This document shows, piece after piece, positions 49,869-61,630 of a stretch of DNA of 64,000 bases. This stretch comes from Callorhinchus milii (lineage: Eukaryota). Under the pieces are notes generated by a model. That model was given only the letters and a program-made list of their open reading frames with translations. It was not told where the DNA came from and searched no databases. Location: assembly GCF_018977255.1 (NCBI RefSeq), contig NW_024704742.1:44704001-44768000 (forward strand), written 5' to 3'. The position numbers and the translations under genes were made by a program. The stretch's first letter is position 1. Each line of letters opens with the position of its first letter.

Positions 49869-51119
49869 TCTTATCCTATTTGACCTTAGTTGTGTAAGAT
49901 TGAGATATGCTTTTAGAATAATTAGGAATGACCATAAAGAATAACAGGCTTCACCATATAAAACAAATTCTCATCTACAATGAATATCAGAAAACAAATG
50001 TGCTCCTCACTGTTTGACTAGACTCCACATAAAGTTGTGTGTCATCATCTCCTGAACAAAATATCTTCCTCTCTGTGCTCCACAGTATTGCCATGTTAAT
50101 GTAACTTCTAGAGATGATTTCATAATCGTGCCGTTTTATATATTACGACTTTAGGTAACATTTATCACCAGTAGCACCCATTTAGGACACACTTCTTTTG
50201 ATTCCTATCAATGAGATGCATATCACACCCAATAAAGTAGCACATCATTTGCGTTTGATGTCATTGAGCTAACTTGGACATGCAGCATGACATCCAGGTC
50301 ATGCTAAAGCATTACCTCTAACATGCACACACATCGCTAACCTATGCATTTCTAAGCCATGCTTCACTTCTCAATCAGTCACCCATTACAATGCAGCAGA
50401 TTGGTATCACCAAGGAAGCTACATTTCTACACCTATTTGTGGGTCACTTGCCAGTCATCAGTAAATTATCTATCTCTCAATAACCCATCAATCCTCACTT
50501 GGGCACAATTCCTCACTGAATGATTCATCATTCCCCTATTGGCCATGCATCACTGAGTGATTTAACCCTTCTCCATTGGTAGCATGAGTGTTCAGAGTTC
50601 TTGCATTACTTTTTCCTTGGTCATGCATCACTAAACTGCACATCACTCTTCACTTGCTTATGTTGGTGAAAGTTTCACACAGTTTTGAATCCTAATTCTG
50701 TAACTAACTGAAGTCAAAAGTATTGTATAGAATAAAAATTAATAATCCATATACTACTGACTGGCATTGTGGATGCTGCCCCTCATTTTCAATACTGGTT
50801 CTCAGGACACCAATTGAGTTAATTCAGTGTCCTATGAACTGATTTTCAAATGCTGTTCTCCACACTGGAAAATCCATGCAAATGTAAAAACATATCACTC
50901 AGTAAGAGGCCATGTAAGTAAGAGGCCAAAGTAAGATTTGTAGAATGATTTTTAAAATTGAGAGAGAGAGTGCAAGATGGAAGGATATAGAAAGAGTCCC
51001 AGACAGCAAAGACAAGGAGGCCAAGAGCTTGTCTCAATTCTCATTGGAAGCCACTTGATAAACATTATTTTCAATAAACTACACTGGTCACAGAATTTGC
51101 CCATGTTGTAATTCAAGCA

Positions 51120-51195
51120 CAAAAGACAACAAGAGCACAAATTATATTTGTATAAGCACATTTCACATCGGGAGGAATGTCCCAAAGGGCTGGAA
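51120..51195 (-). mobile_element. L2 tail fragment
   Basis: ttcacatcgggaggaatgtcccaaag. Confidence 0.7.
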
Positions 51196-51407
51196 AGACA
51201 AACAGATTCTTGCATTCCCAACTACCAGAATTCCAACCCCACAGTGTGTTAATACTGCACATATCTATACCTATTCTGATTTAACCCAGACCCCTTTGAT
51301 AGTTATGTTGCCTGGATGAATACGTGTTACACAAATATATATAATACAGTGTTTCAAAGAGCTACTTAAATAATAATATTGATTCTGTCTGCAAATTACC
51401 TCTCTAT

Positions 51408-51482
51408 AATGTGAAGTGCTTTGATATGTCCTCCCGATGTGAAAAGCACTACATCAAATGCAAGGATTATTTATTATTACTA
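51408..51482 (+). mobile_element. SINE tail fragment
   Basis: gtgaagtgctttgatatgtcctcccgatgtgaaaagcactacatcaaatgcaaggattatt. Confidence 0.85.
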
Positions 51483-51884
51483 TAATATTGTTGTATTTTG
51501 TTGATGAAATGTGCTATTTGTAATGCCTTGTCTGTGCATTTTATTTTCGCATGTTTGGGATCCTGATGAGGTTTATTTTTAATTGCTCGGTTCTTTACAT
51601 CATAGAGACATTTCTGTTGATGAGTGTGAATGTTCCCATCCAAAGTTGTTGATGGATTGAATCAGTCGTCTTTTCTTGGGGAATGATGACAATTCTCAAT
51701 GAATTCACAAAACCGTGTTCTCTGCACACATCAACACCACCGAGAAGAACAGTGAAGCAAAAACAGGGGTCTTACAACAGCAACAACAACAAAATTACAT
51801 TTATAGAGCACCTTTCACATCGGGAGGACATCCCAAAGTGCTGAACAGTCAGATGTCGGGGCTCGATCATGGAGGAGGGGTGGT

Positions 51885-51885
<1 letters not shown>

Positions 51886-51916
<31 letters not shown>

Positions 51917-52192
51917 CCTTGCATTTGATATAGCGCTTTTCATGTCGGGAGGACGTCCTAAAGCGCTTCACAGAATATACTGTAAAGTGAATTGACTGTA
52001 TATTTGTGGGTGAATGTCCCACAAACTGTCGTAGATTGAAAATGACCAATTTATTATTGTTTTGTTTTTTGGAGGGATTATTATTAGGCGTGTGGAGTAA
52101 GGAAACTTGCCCAAGGTTTCGCCCTGACTGGAATTGAACTCAGGTCTCTCGCTTGCAAAGCAAGTGCTCTAACCACTGAGCTACAGGACTCC
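51886..52192 (-). mobile_element. tRNA-derived SINE, short form (CTCCC loop, small internal deletion)
   Basis: TSD GTGTA at 51883-51887 and 52194-52198. Confidence 0.95.
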
Positions 52193-52780
52193 AGTGTAGG
52201 GGTGAGGAAGGCAGAGAGGTGGGAAGGAGACCAAAGGCACGGTCGAAGAGAAGGGTCTTCAGACCGGCCTTAAAGAATGCAAGGGAGGAAGCGAGGTGAA
52301 GGGACCATGGGATGGAGTTCCAGAGTGTAGGGCAGAGAGGCTGAAAGCCCGGCCACCGATGTTAGAGCGGGTCGGGCGGGAGACATGGAGCAGACCGGAG
52401 CCCGATGAGTGGAGGGAGCGGGCAGGTTGGTAGGGAGTCAGCAGGTCAGAGAGGTAGGAGGGGGCAAGGCCATGGATGGCCTTCAAGGTGAGGGCGAGCA
52501 TCTTGAATTTAATCCTTTGGGGGTTGGGGAGCCAGTGGAGTCGGGCGAGGGTGGGAGTGATGGGGTGGCGGAGCCTGGTGCGTGAGAGTACATGAGCTGC
52601 AGAGTTTTGGATGATCTGCAGCTTGTGAAGGGAAAAGTTGGGAAGGCCGATGAGGAGGGAGTTCCCGTAATCAAGCCTTAAGGTGACGAATGCGTGGGTG
52701 AGGGTTTCAGCAGCCTGAGGGGCGAGGAAGTGGCGGAGTGTAGCGATGTTGCGGAGGTGGTGGTAGGCAGTGCCGGTCAT

Positions 52781-53105
52781 GGAGTCCTGTAGCTCAGTGG
52801 TTAGAGCACTTGTTTTGCAAGCGAGAGACCTGAGTTCAATTCCAGTCAGGGCGAAACCTTGGGCAAGTTTCCTTACTCCACACGCCTAATAATAATCCCT
52901 CCAAAAAACAAAACAATAATAAATTGGTCATTTTCAATCTACGACAGTTTGTGGGACACTGCTGTACGCAATTGGCTGCCGGGTTCGCCCACAAATATAC
53001 AGTCAATTCACTTTACAGTATATTCTGTGAAGCGCTTTGAGACGTCTAGAAGACGTGAAAAGCGCTATATCAAATGCAAGGATTATTATTATTATTATTT
53101 ATTAT
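52781..53105 (+). mobile_element. tRNA-derived SINE, short form (TAGAA loop)
   Basis: Complete; overlap/TSD ATGG at 52779-52782 and 53104-53107. Confidence 0.95.
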
Positions 53106-53364
53106 GGCGCAGATGTGGGGGAGAAAGGACAGTTCAGGGTCAAACAAGACACCCAGGTTCCTGACTAGCTTAGTGAGGTTGAGTGTGTAACCGTGGAGGC
53201 TGATGCTGCCAGCGCCTGAGGTGCGGAGGCACTAGCGCGAGCCCATCAGGAGGGCCTCGATATTGCTAACATTGAGTTATGCCAGTTCTTTTAACATCCA
53301 ACCATTAAGTTTGGTTAATTAAATAATTAAAGTCCTGATTTTGTGTAACATTATTCGATTATTA

Positions 53365-53512
53365 TTAGATAATTATTTGGGGAGGGCAAGTTTGCAGGGC
53401 TATGGGGAGAGAGCAGGGGAGTGGGATTGAATTGGATAGCTTTTTCAAAGAGCCGTCACAGGACACGTGGGTTGAATGGCCTCCTTCTGTGCTGTACAAG
53501 TCTATGATTCTA
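53365..53512 (+). mobile_element. CR1 3' end
   Basis: Same family as 24150-24292; ctatgattcta tail. Confidence 0.9.
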
Positions 53513-53523
53513 CAACGCAATGG

Positions 53524-53580
53524 AAAACAACAACAACAACAACAACAACAAGATTCCATTTATAGAGCGCCTTTCACGTC
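53524..53580 (-). mobile_element. L2 tail-only fragment
   Basis: (CAA)n gattccatttatagagcgcctttcacgtc. Confidence 0.85.
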
Positions 53581-54284
53581 ACGTATTCTAAAGTTTTGGA
53601 ATACTTTTATTCGTGATACATAAAAATCTTGCCTTAGCAAAATCTGCATTGCTTCCTATGGTGGACCATGACATGTGCTTGTCACGGATACATAGAGGTT
53701 CATTCCACTGGTTTGCTTGATCTGCAATTTCATGAATTGCTTACATATTAAAGGATAGCTTACATTAACTGCCTTGCCTTGTGAAAACAGGAAAATAAAA
53801 TTTGCTCCTTTGACATTCTGCTATGAATATTAATGCAGAAGTCAGAAAAAATTTAATTAAGTACAGATAATTTGTAAAAAAATCCAATGAATCAAATCAT
53901 TAGAATAAATTACAACAATTCAATAATTAAATTAAATCACACAAATATTGAAATATATGCTTCATTATCCAGACATTGTTATACTTGATCCATTTTCTAT
54001 CAGTCCTTTATCTATGATTATAATTTTTGAAAATATATCACAAGTAATCATAATGCTAATAAGGAATGTGGCAGAGTCAATTGTTTACAAACACTTGTTT
54101 TCCAATTCACTTTAATCAATGTCACAATGGTTCCTGCAAACTGCATTGGAATTTGAAGAAGTTAGCCACTCAGGCAGGCATTATATAAGGAAGGACATAG
54201 AGAATAAATCATCAACTGTAACTAGCTAGCATGTCGGACTCACAATTATATTGTTCTACTTTAAACTCATACTACCAAAAATAC

Positions 54285-54625
54285 CAATAAATAATGCTTA
54301 CATTTGTTATAATGTTTTTCATGTTCAGAAGACGTCACAAAGTGCTTCACAGGATATATTGTAAAGTGTTGTTGCAGGTGACCACTCAACCTATTTGTGA
54401 ACAGCAATGTCCCAAAAACAACCATGTAATGAATGGCCAGTTTTAGTTGAGTTTTTCTGGTTTCCCAGAACACCAGGTGAAACAACCTCCTCTTCCCAAA
54501 TTGTGATATTTGATACTCAATGTCCACCTGAACAGGTAGATGGGGCCTCAGTATAACATCTCATCTGAAGGAAGGCACATACCCCCAACACTACATTGGA
54601 ATGTCAGTCTGGACAATATGAGTCC
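54285..54625 (-). mobile_element. Degraded DeuSINE-like SINE
   Basis: tgtccacctgaacaggtagatggggcctcagtataacatctcatctgaa plus SINE tail. Confidence 0.7.
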
Positions 54626-55384
54626 AGCAACCAGCAAAGGATAAGGATAAGCTTAGGTTGGTAATTAACTTTAGGGACACAGTAATTTAGAATAAAATTT
54701 AGGGGGAAATTACATTGAAAGACACAGTCAACCATTTTCTCTTCTCAAGCTCTGTTCCACTCCCCCAGAAAACCGTTGTCATCATGCCCTCCTCAAAAAC
54801 CCCACAAAAAGACACAAAATGCCAGATACCAAATGCTGTGGTGCAAAAGGTTGACATACTGTCCCTTCACATGTTAAGTTCAGGTTTCAATCAAGCAAAG
54901 ACTGATGGTCTGACAGTCTCTTTTGTCCAGTGGCTGAGGCCGAGCAGAGGAAATATGTTTAGATAATACGATTACAGTTTTTTTTATAGGTGCAGGCTTG
55001 CTGTACACTAAATTAGCAATTGCTGTAAAAAGACTGTAAATAAGGAGTAGACCTATCTCAGAAATCTTCTCAATTATATTTTAGATCAATACGCTTCGTA
55101 TTCTATCAATGAATTAGCCACTCTAATGTAAACTGTTAAAAGATCAGGAAATTGCAGGTAGATAGAGCAAGTGAGTAGAATTCAACTTTGCATTCCTGCT
55201 CACTTATTATTTCCCTTTTCCAGGCACTGCATCATACAGTGACAGATGCACACTGCTGTGGTGAGTGGATAGGATGCAATCCTGGCTGGTTTAGTGAATC
55301 AATTCTCTGATCATTGTGTGTGTGTGTTTGTTACATATGTTGGGTGGAAGATTAGAAGTTCAGGGATATCACAAGGTAGATTTG

Positions 55385-55900
55385 GATGAAGAAGGTCCTT
55401 CTAACAATTTGATCTCATCTTTCCAGTACAGTCGAGTTCCATTCCCCAAGATAGTAGTATTAAATTGTCTCTTAAATTAGTGCAGCTTCCTGATCTCAGC
55501 TGGTGATTGATTCATTTCAGCTGTTGATTGCCTTCCCAGTAAAGAAATACTTTCTGATGGCTGTCATAAAGTTGGTCTTCACAATCCTAAATCTATTCCT
55601 TTTTGTTCTGCTTCCAAAATGTATGGAAAAGTATTGTTCTGGGTTTACTTTTGTATGGCAGTTTGCATCTTTCATACCTCTATAAGGTTCCTTCTGAGAT
55701 ATTTATTTTCAACTTTGAAGAGCAATAGCTTATCTAGTTGTTCATCAATACTCAGCCTTCCAACACTGGGAATTAGAATCATTGCATTGGACTGCTTTTA
55801 GCGCATGATTTCCATTTGTTGTGATGAGCAAAACTCTGCACATTAATGTGGGAGCAATCTAACCAGAGCACTTTGCAGCTTGATTATGTCTTCTACGGAT
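55385..55900 (-). mobile_element. Old CR1 ORF2 3' fragment
   Basis: Reverse strand reads ..RRNLIEV*KM.. and RKYFFTGKAINS* resembling CR1 C-terminal motifs. Confidence 0.6.
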
Positions 55901-56144
55901 TCAAGGCTTGGCGTCAAATTATACCATTGTTAAGTGCTTTAAGATAATACCCCACGTAAAGGTTGCTATATAACTGTAAGTTTGAATTTTATTGTGTGTT
56001 GATTTATTGAACAATAACTTAAATTTATTTGCATACGTCATGCAGAATAGTGTTTCAGAGTGCTGATTTAATTTAATGGATAAAACAATAATTGGCCACC
56101 ATAAACATGAACCAGGAAACTACTCTTACACTAAAACAAATGTT

Positions 56145-56290
56145 AAAAATAATCCTTGCATTTGATATAGTGCTTTGGGATATCGTCCCAAAGTGCTGCA
56201 CAGGATTTTACTGTGAAATTACTGTGAATTTTGTCGGCAAGCACGACAGTCAATATCAATACAATATCCCACAAACAGCAATGAAGAGAA
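56145..56290 (-). mobile_element. Degraded SINE 3' half
   Basis: aataatccttgcatttgatatagtgc..cccacaaacag. Confidence 0.7.
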
Positions 56291-56599
56291 TGATAAATTT
56301 TAACTAGGGGATTGTAGGCCAGGCTACAAAGATAAACCCTGTTTAGTTCTATTAGAAATTAAGGTAAAAGTATCAATTTTGTTTCCTCTTTATTTCTGTT
56401 AATTGTCTTATAATGGGCACTTTTCTTGTCTTCTCATATCTGCTGGGCGTGAGCCTTATGCTGCCATAATGAATGTAATATTTGTCCCTTAACACTTATT
56501 ACCCTTGTCACTTCCCTTCCACCTGAGTTTGAACTCCGGACTTTGGATATGAAGGACATATTAAATTATTCTTAACCTCTTATTTCTTCTTAATGGAGT

Positions 56600-56750
56600 G
56601 GAGTCCTGTAGCTCAGCGGTTATATAATTTGCCTCACAAGTCTGAGTTTGATTCCCAGCAGGGTGAAATATTGGGCAGATTTCCTTACTCCACACAGCTC
56701 TGTTTATCTAGCAGTAAATAGGAACTTGGTTGTTAGTCGTTTGGCGGATG
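56600..56750 (+). mobile_element. Long-form SINE 5' half
   Basis: ggagtcctgtagctcagcgg..ctctgtttatctagcagtaaataggaac. Confidence 0.85.
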
Positions 56751-57115
56751 GTGTTTCAGCTCCCCAGTTTTGAGGAGATCACATTATGATCAGTGAATGC
56801 AGTGAACTACATTGATGGTAGTACATGTAAATCACTGTCTCACTTGAAATCTGTGTTTGGGGGCCTGGACAGTGGTATTAAAGGAGGTGAAAGGGCGGGT
56901 ATTACATCTCCTGTGCTGGCATGGGAAGGTGCCGGGGGGAGAAGAGCAACTATTGGTGGTGATGGAGGAATGAACCAGGTAATCACGGAGGGAATGGTCC
57001 CTTCGGAATGCTGAGAGGGGAGGAGAGGGAAAGATATGCTTTGTGGTTGGATCACCCTGGAGGTGCGGAGAATTATTTGCTGGATGTTGAGGCTGGTGGG
57101 GTTGTAGGTGAGGAT
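56750..57115 (-). mobile_element. Penelope-like retroelement fragment (RT-to-GIY-YIG linker)
   Basis: PPLSAFRRDHSLRDYLVHS..PGTFPCQHRRCNTRPF..FQVRQ*FTCTTINVVHCIH*S*CDLLKTGE: Zn-finger linker and start of GIY-YIG domain. Confidence 0.85.
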
Positions 57116-57477
57116 TAGATAATAATACTTGCATTTGATACATCTGCAATATCAGCAAATGCTTTGCAGTAATTATTGTTGAATTTTGCATTTTGTAGAG
57201 AAACACAGCAGTGATGTTTCAAAAACATCCATGCAGTGAATGACCAAATCATCTGCCCATCAGTTCAGTGTGCTGCAATCTGTTTTGTGACTTCTTGGCT
57301 CCAAAAGGTTTCAAACTGGACTGTATAACCATTAGACAATCAGAAATTATTTTCAAATTGAGGCTTTGGCATTGCTTCAAAGAGTACAACATAATTTCCG
57401 TGTTCCTGTATATGCCTGGCATCATATATTCTATGCTGCTATTGCAATGCAGTGCTGGGTTTATGCTGTATTATAAG

Positions 57478-57760
57478 AGGTGCTGTCTGATGAGACAAAG
57501 TTCCATATGCCTGTTCGGGTGAATGCAAAGATCCCATGGCACTATTCGAAAAGTGAAGGACGTTTCTCCCTCCCAGTGTCCTGGCTAACAATCCCCCCAA
57601 TAAAACTGGTCATTCACTTTATGGCTGTTTGTGGGACATTACGGTTCACAAATTGACTGCTGTGTTTGGCCACAACACTTTTAACAGTAAATTCTGTGAA
57701 GTGCTTTGAGATGTCCTCCTGATGTGAAAAGGTGCTACACCAAGTGCAAGAATTATTTAT
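57478..57760 (+). mobile_element. DeuSINE-type SINE 3' part
   Basis: aaagatcccatggcactattcgaaa..ccagtgtcctggctaacaatcccc..gagatgtcctcctgatgtgaaaagg. Confidence 0.8.
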
Positions 57761-59029
57761 GTATGGGTGTGTTGTCATTGGGATCTAAAATACAGTGCTC
57801 GCAAACTGGATTTGTTGCATTATTGCAACTTCCAGTTTATGAATCTTGGAATTGCAAGATTTGTAAAACAATGAATCTGGAGCTGTCAAATCTACAAACA
57901 TTGGTGAACAAAACCCTGGACTTTTTCTGTTACTGTTTTTTTCTAACTTTGCTGGCTTGAGATTGACTATTTGTTTTAAGTCAGAAGTAATGTAATGACT
58001 TCTGGTTTGGAAATATCACATTTTAGACTCCTTCAGTGGTTATTGTATTGTACATATTGTAAGTAAGTAAGCCTTACACTCAATACGACAGTGGTAGCCA
58101 ATCTATACGGTCGGTCAACAATCATTTTTTCTGTATTGAATTTTTCTTAGTTTGTGGCCTTGCCATGGGTATCATGGTTCAGTAGCCACTGGAACTTTAG
58201 AGTTGCCTGGACTGGTGGATGGGGGGAATGGAGGACCACTTCTTGATGCTCCCAAGAAGTGAGTCGCGATCGGCCAGGTGGAGACCCCTGCAGTACAAGG
58301 AGTACTAAGCTATCAGCTGATTTCTGTTATGTTGTATTACAATTCTTGGAACACACTATTTTCCCCTCATTTTCCTTAAAAGAGGAATATCGGTCTTTTA
58401 ACTTCAATAAGACATTGCAGAAAGCCTGAAGTGTGAAAAAACAATGTAGATGTGACAAGGCAGATTAGTACAGAATTTAACCCTGAGAGTAAGTGCACTC
58501 TTTTGTCAAAAACAGTTGCATTCAGGAAGCTCATGCTGATCAGTTGTTGTCACAGTCAGTTAACTTGAGTGCAACAATGATCGCAATGGAAGGCAAATAA
58601 CTGGATTTTCTGCCCATTCGATGTGGAGAAACAAAAATGCTCCACCAGCATGGAACTGGTGTATATACTGTGCTTGTCACGTTATTCATTCCACTAGCAT
58701 ACATGCAAACCCTTAGGTGAGCAAAGTGGTTACAGTATATTGCATTGAAGCGCCTCTAGCAAATAGCCTTGTCAGGCTTTTTTATAGTTTGCAGTAGCTA
58801 CCAGAATGTGTGTTGTACATGTAACCTCGCCATTTACTTCAGAGATCCTTCGTGATTCTAGCTGGATATGGCAGCAGTCATCATAACATCAGATAAATGG
58901 CACTTAGTGCAATTGGGGTTTAATGGAATAACAGAGAAGTGAATATATTCCCTGATATCAACCCTTCTAAAATAATGGCTTCTGGACTCACCACAGGTTA
59001 AAATTCCACTTCTGACTTAATCATGTAAT

Positions 59030-59290
59030 GCAAAGTCTAGGGTCTTTTGAGCAAGATGTTAAACCAAGGTCACTTCAGCCTGTTCAGATGGATACTAAGA
59101 TCCAATGACTCTATGTGAAAAGAGATGAAAGATTCTTGCAATGTTTGGCTCAACATATTAATTGATCATTTGCTTCATGGCTTGTTTTGTGGATCCTTGC
59201 TGGCACCAATAACTGCTGCATTTGATAATAAAATACTCACTATATTTGACAGTAATTACTTGTGCATCACTTTGAGACATTTTGAAGAGA
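59030..59290 (+). mobile_element. Degraded DeuSINE-like SINE
   Basis: gatgttaaaccaagg..cctgttcagatggatactaagatcc. Confidence 0.55.
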
Positions 59291-59944
59291 CAAAGTGCTC
59301 ACAATATTATCAACGACCTGAAAAGCCCATTCTGTGCAGTCTCCAGTCTTGTCCACGTTTGTTTCAATTCTCTCAAGTTTCTCTGCCCATGTTACCAGCC
59401 CATATTAGCACAGTTGGAAACTTTAATGCAAATCTTCATATTTCAAGTGGTTTACAATCATTTACATTTTTGAATGATTCAGTGTTAAATAAAAACAGGA
59501 TTTACTTTTAAATGCAGACAACACTGTTCATACTCTCAGCAAACTGGTTTAAAAATTTCATTAAGAGCAAAACTATTGTGACATTTTCTCAGCCTTACTA
59601 TTAACTGTTAGACAAAGAAAGCATCAAGGGTTGAAACCTGCCAGTATTTTGATGGGTATGCTATTCATATTTATTGGTCCAAACAACACCTGCTTACGTT
59701 TATACAGTTTAACACTTTATAGAAAAGAGCATGTCAAAAATATGTAGTGATACAAAACAAGCAAGGAAATGAGAGATTTGAAAGATTTGACGTATGTTTT
59801 GAAGGCAATGTGGAAAGAGAAGAGAGTTTCAGAAGATAGGAATGATGACAGAAGCTTTAGCCACTGATGTTGAAGTGATTGGATTAGGGAGTAAGTAATA
59901 GACAAGAACTGACAGTGAGAGCAGAGGCTGGAGTTTCACAATTT

Positions 59945-60003
59945 AACAACAACTTGCATTTATATAGCGCCCTTCATGTGCGGTAGCACCCTGGAACGTT
60001 TAC
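59945..60003 (-). mobile_element. L2 tail (type B) fragment
   Basis: aacaacaacttgcatttatatagcgcccttcatgtgcggtagc. Confidence 0.7.
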
Positions 60004-60099
60004 ATCCGAACATTAACAAGTTCAATAGCGGAAGACAGCAAATTCACAGCAGCGATCTCATGACAAAATTGGGAATGCTATGTTTGACGGATGTTTCAA

Positions 60100-61110
60100 T
60101 CTCTTCATTGTTTCCTTGTTGATCATAGTAGTTTTTTCCCAATTGTACCTGATCTGCAAACATTCTATTGCCACCGAGCAAGGGTGCATGTACGATACTA
60201 TAAAACATTGCAATATTACAGCAATGGCCACTTCAAAAGTCAAGGCTAAGTCGACAGCTTGGAAGAATTCAAGAGAAATTTAAAAATCAATAATAAATTA
60301 TCACTTCACTTGAGGCTGCAAGTGGTAGAAACATGTTAGGAAGTAGACAATGCATGTTCTGTCTAAGATGTAATACTGTTCAAATGTGAATTTCAGAAAC
60401 AGCAAATCTATCTATGAGCAACTGAAACAAAAAAAACAGACATTTCTTCCCCAAAGCCATTTTGTAAAAAGTGTGGATGCCAGTGCTGTCAGTCAGATTT
60501 TCATTTTCAGATTGTGAGCAGCTCAATGTCATTGAAAATGAACTTGAAGTGTAGAGGGATATTCTCTACTTGTCATAAGTGTTCCACTTCTTAGCAAACG
60601 TGATATAATTAAATTGGAACTGTCTTCTCTCTTTTGAGCTTGATTTTGTACACTGCAGTATCTTGAAGATTTTGTTTTGTTTCAATTGCTCATAGACAGC
60701 AATTGTCATTTTTGAAATTCACCTTTGAACAGTATTGCATTTTAGACAGAACAAAATGAGCATTGATACAATGCATTGTGTACAATCAATAAACATTTTC
60801 AGAATGCTGTCTGCTTCACCAGAAGTTTGCTAGTGTAACAATGAAGTTAGGTTTTGATCCCTGTGTAAGTGATTGTTACATTATTTGATGATAAAGAAAG
60901 CGGAGACAAAACTGACGAGTTGTGTATTTGTTGAAAATTGGCTTTTCAGGATGATCTGGCAAATTAGCTCAAATAACTGAATCAAAAACTTCAGGGAATA
61001 AACGAGGAGGCGGCTCATTTGTTCCAACTTGTTGTGGTTTTTAAAGCACAACTGAAAATATTTGGGAAGCAATTGGGTATGAAAAAAAATTATGTCATTT
61101 CATAGTGTGA
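60100..61110 (+). mobile_element. Decayed hAT (Buster/SPIN/GTF2IRD2-like) transposase
   Basis: Ordered remnants: YLICKHSIA (BED finger), LEEFKRNLK, SVDASAVSQIFIFR, MHCVQ, EVRF*S, KLAFQDDLAN*LK*LNQKLQG..FKAQLKIFGKQL..LCHF. Confidence 0.7.
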
Positions 61111-61439
61111 GAAATTGTTTGTCGACTGATGTGGTGCTTCATTCATTACTTATTCCCATATAAATGTCTCCCCACTTTGTTAAAGGTGTTCATGCTAGGA
61201 CACATTTCATAATTACCAGGCATCCTTTGGTACTCCTCCTAAATAGCCATTCTTTAAGGGGATGTTACATATAACAAGACTGTCAAGTCTTGACAGGTTA
61301 TGCAATGGGTGGGGGTGATGAGAGGATTGATTCACAGCCTTATTCTGCTTTCACCAACATCCACACTCACTAGCCCGTGGAATACCACAGAAAAAGTATA
61401 AAACGGCATGAAAAACATAAAGTGAAGTTTAAAGAAATT

Positions 61440-61630
61440 AGTTTCTCCTCTTGGGGTCACAATCCCCCAAATAAAATTGGTCATTCACTTCATGGCTGTT
61501 TGTGGGACATTGCTGTGAGCAAATGGGCTGCCCCATTCACCTATAAATACACAGTCACTACACTTTACAGTAAAATCCTGAGACATTCTCCTGACGTGAA
61601 AGGCACTATATTAAATGCAATGATTATTAC
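61440..61630 (+). mobile_element. DeuSINE-type SINE 3' part
   Basis: caatcccccaaataaaattggtcattcacttcatggctgtttgtgggacattgctg..gacgtgaaaggcactata. Confidence 0.8.

Larger units (their letters stand above)
51774..53277 (-). mobile_element. 5'-truncated L2 carrying two SINE insertions
   Basis: ORF 52259-52780 TAYHHLRNIA..RLDYGNSLLIGLP..LHWLP; colinear across both SINEs. Confidence 0.95.

Noticed and set aside
50480..50660. Degenerate repeats of ttgg(c/t)catgcatcact
   Set aside because: Looks like a decayed minisatellite; too irregular to define a unit.
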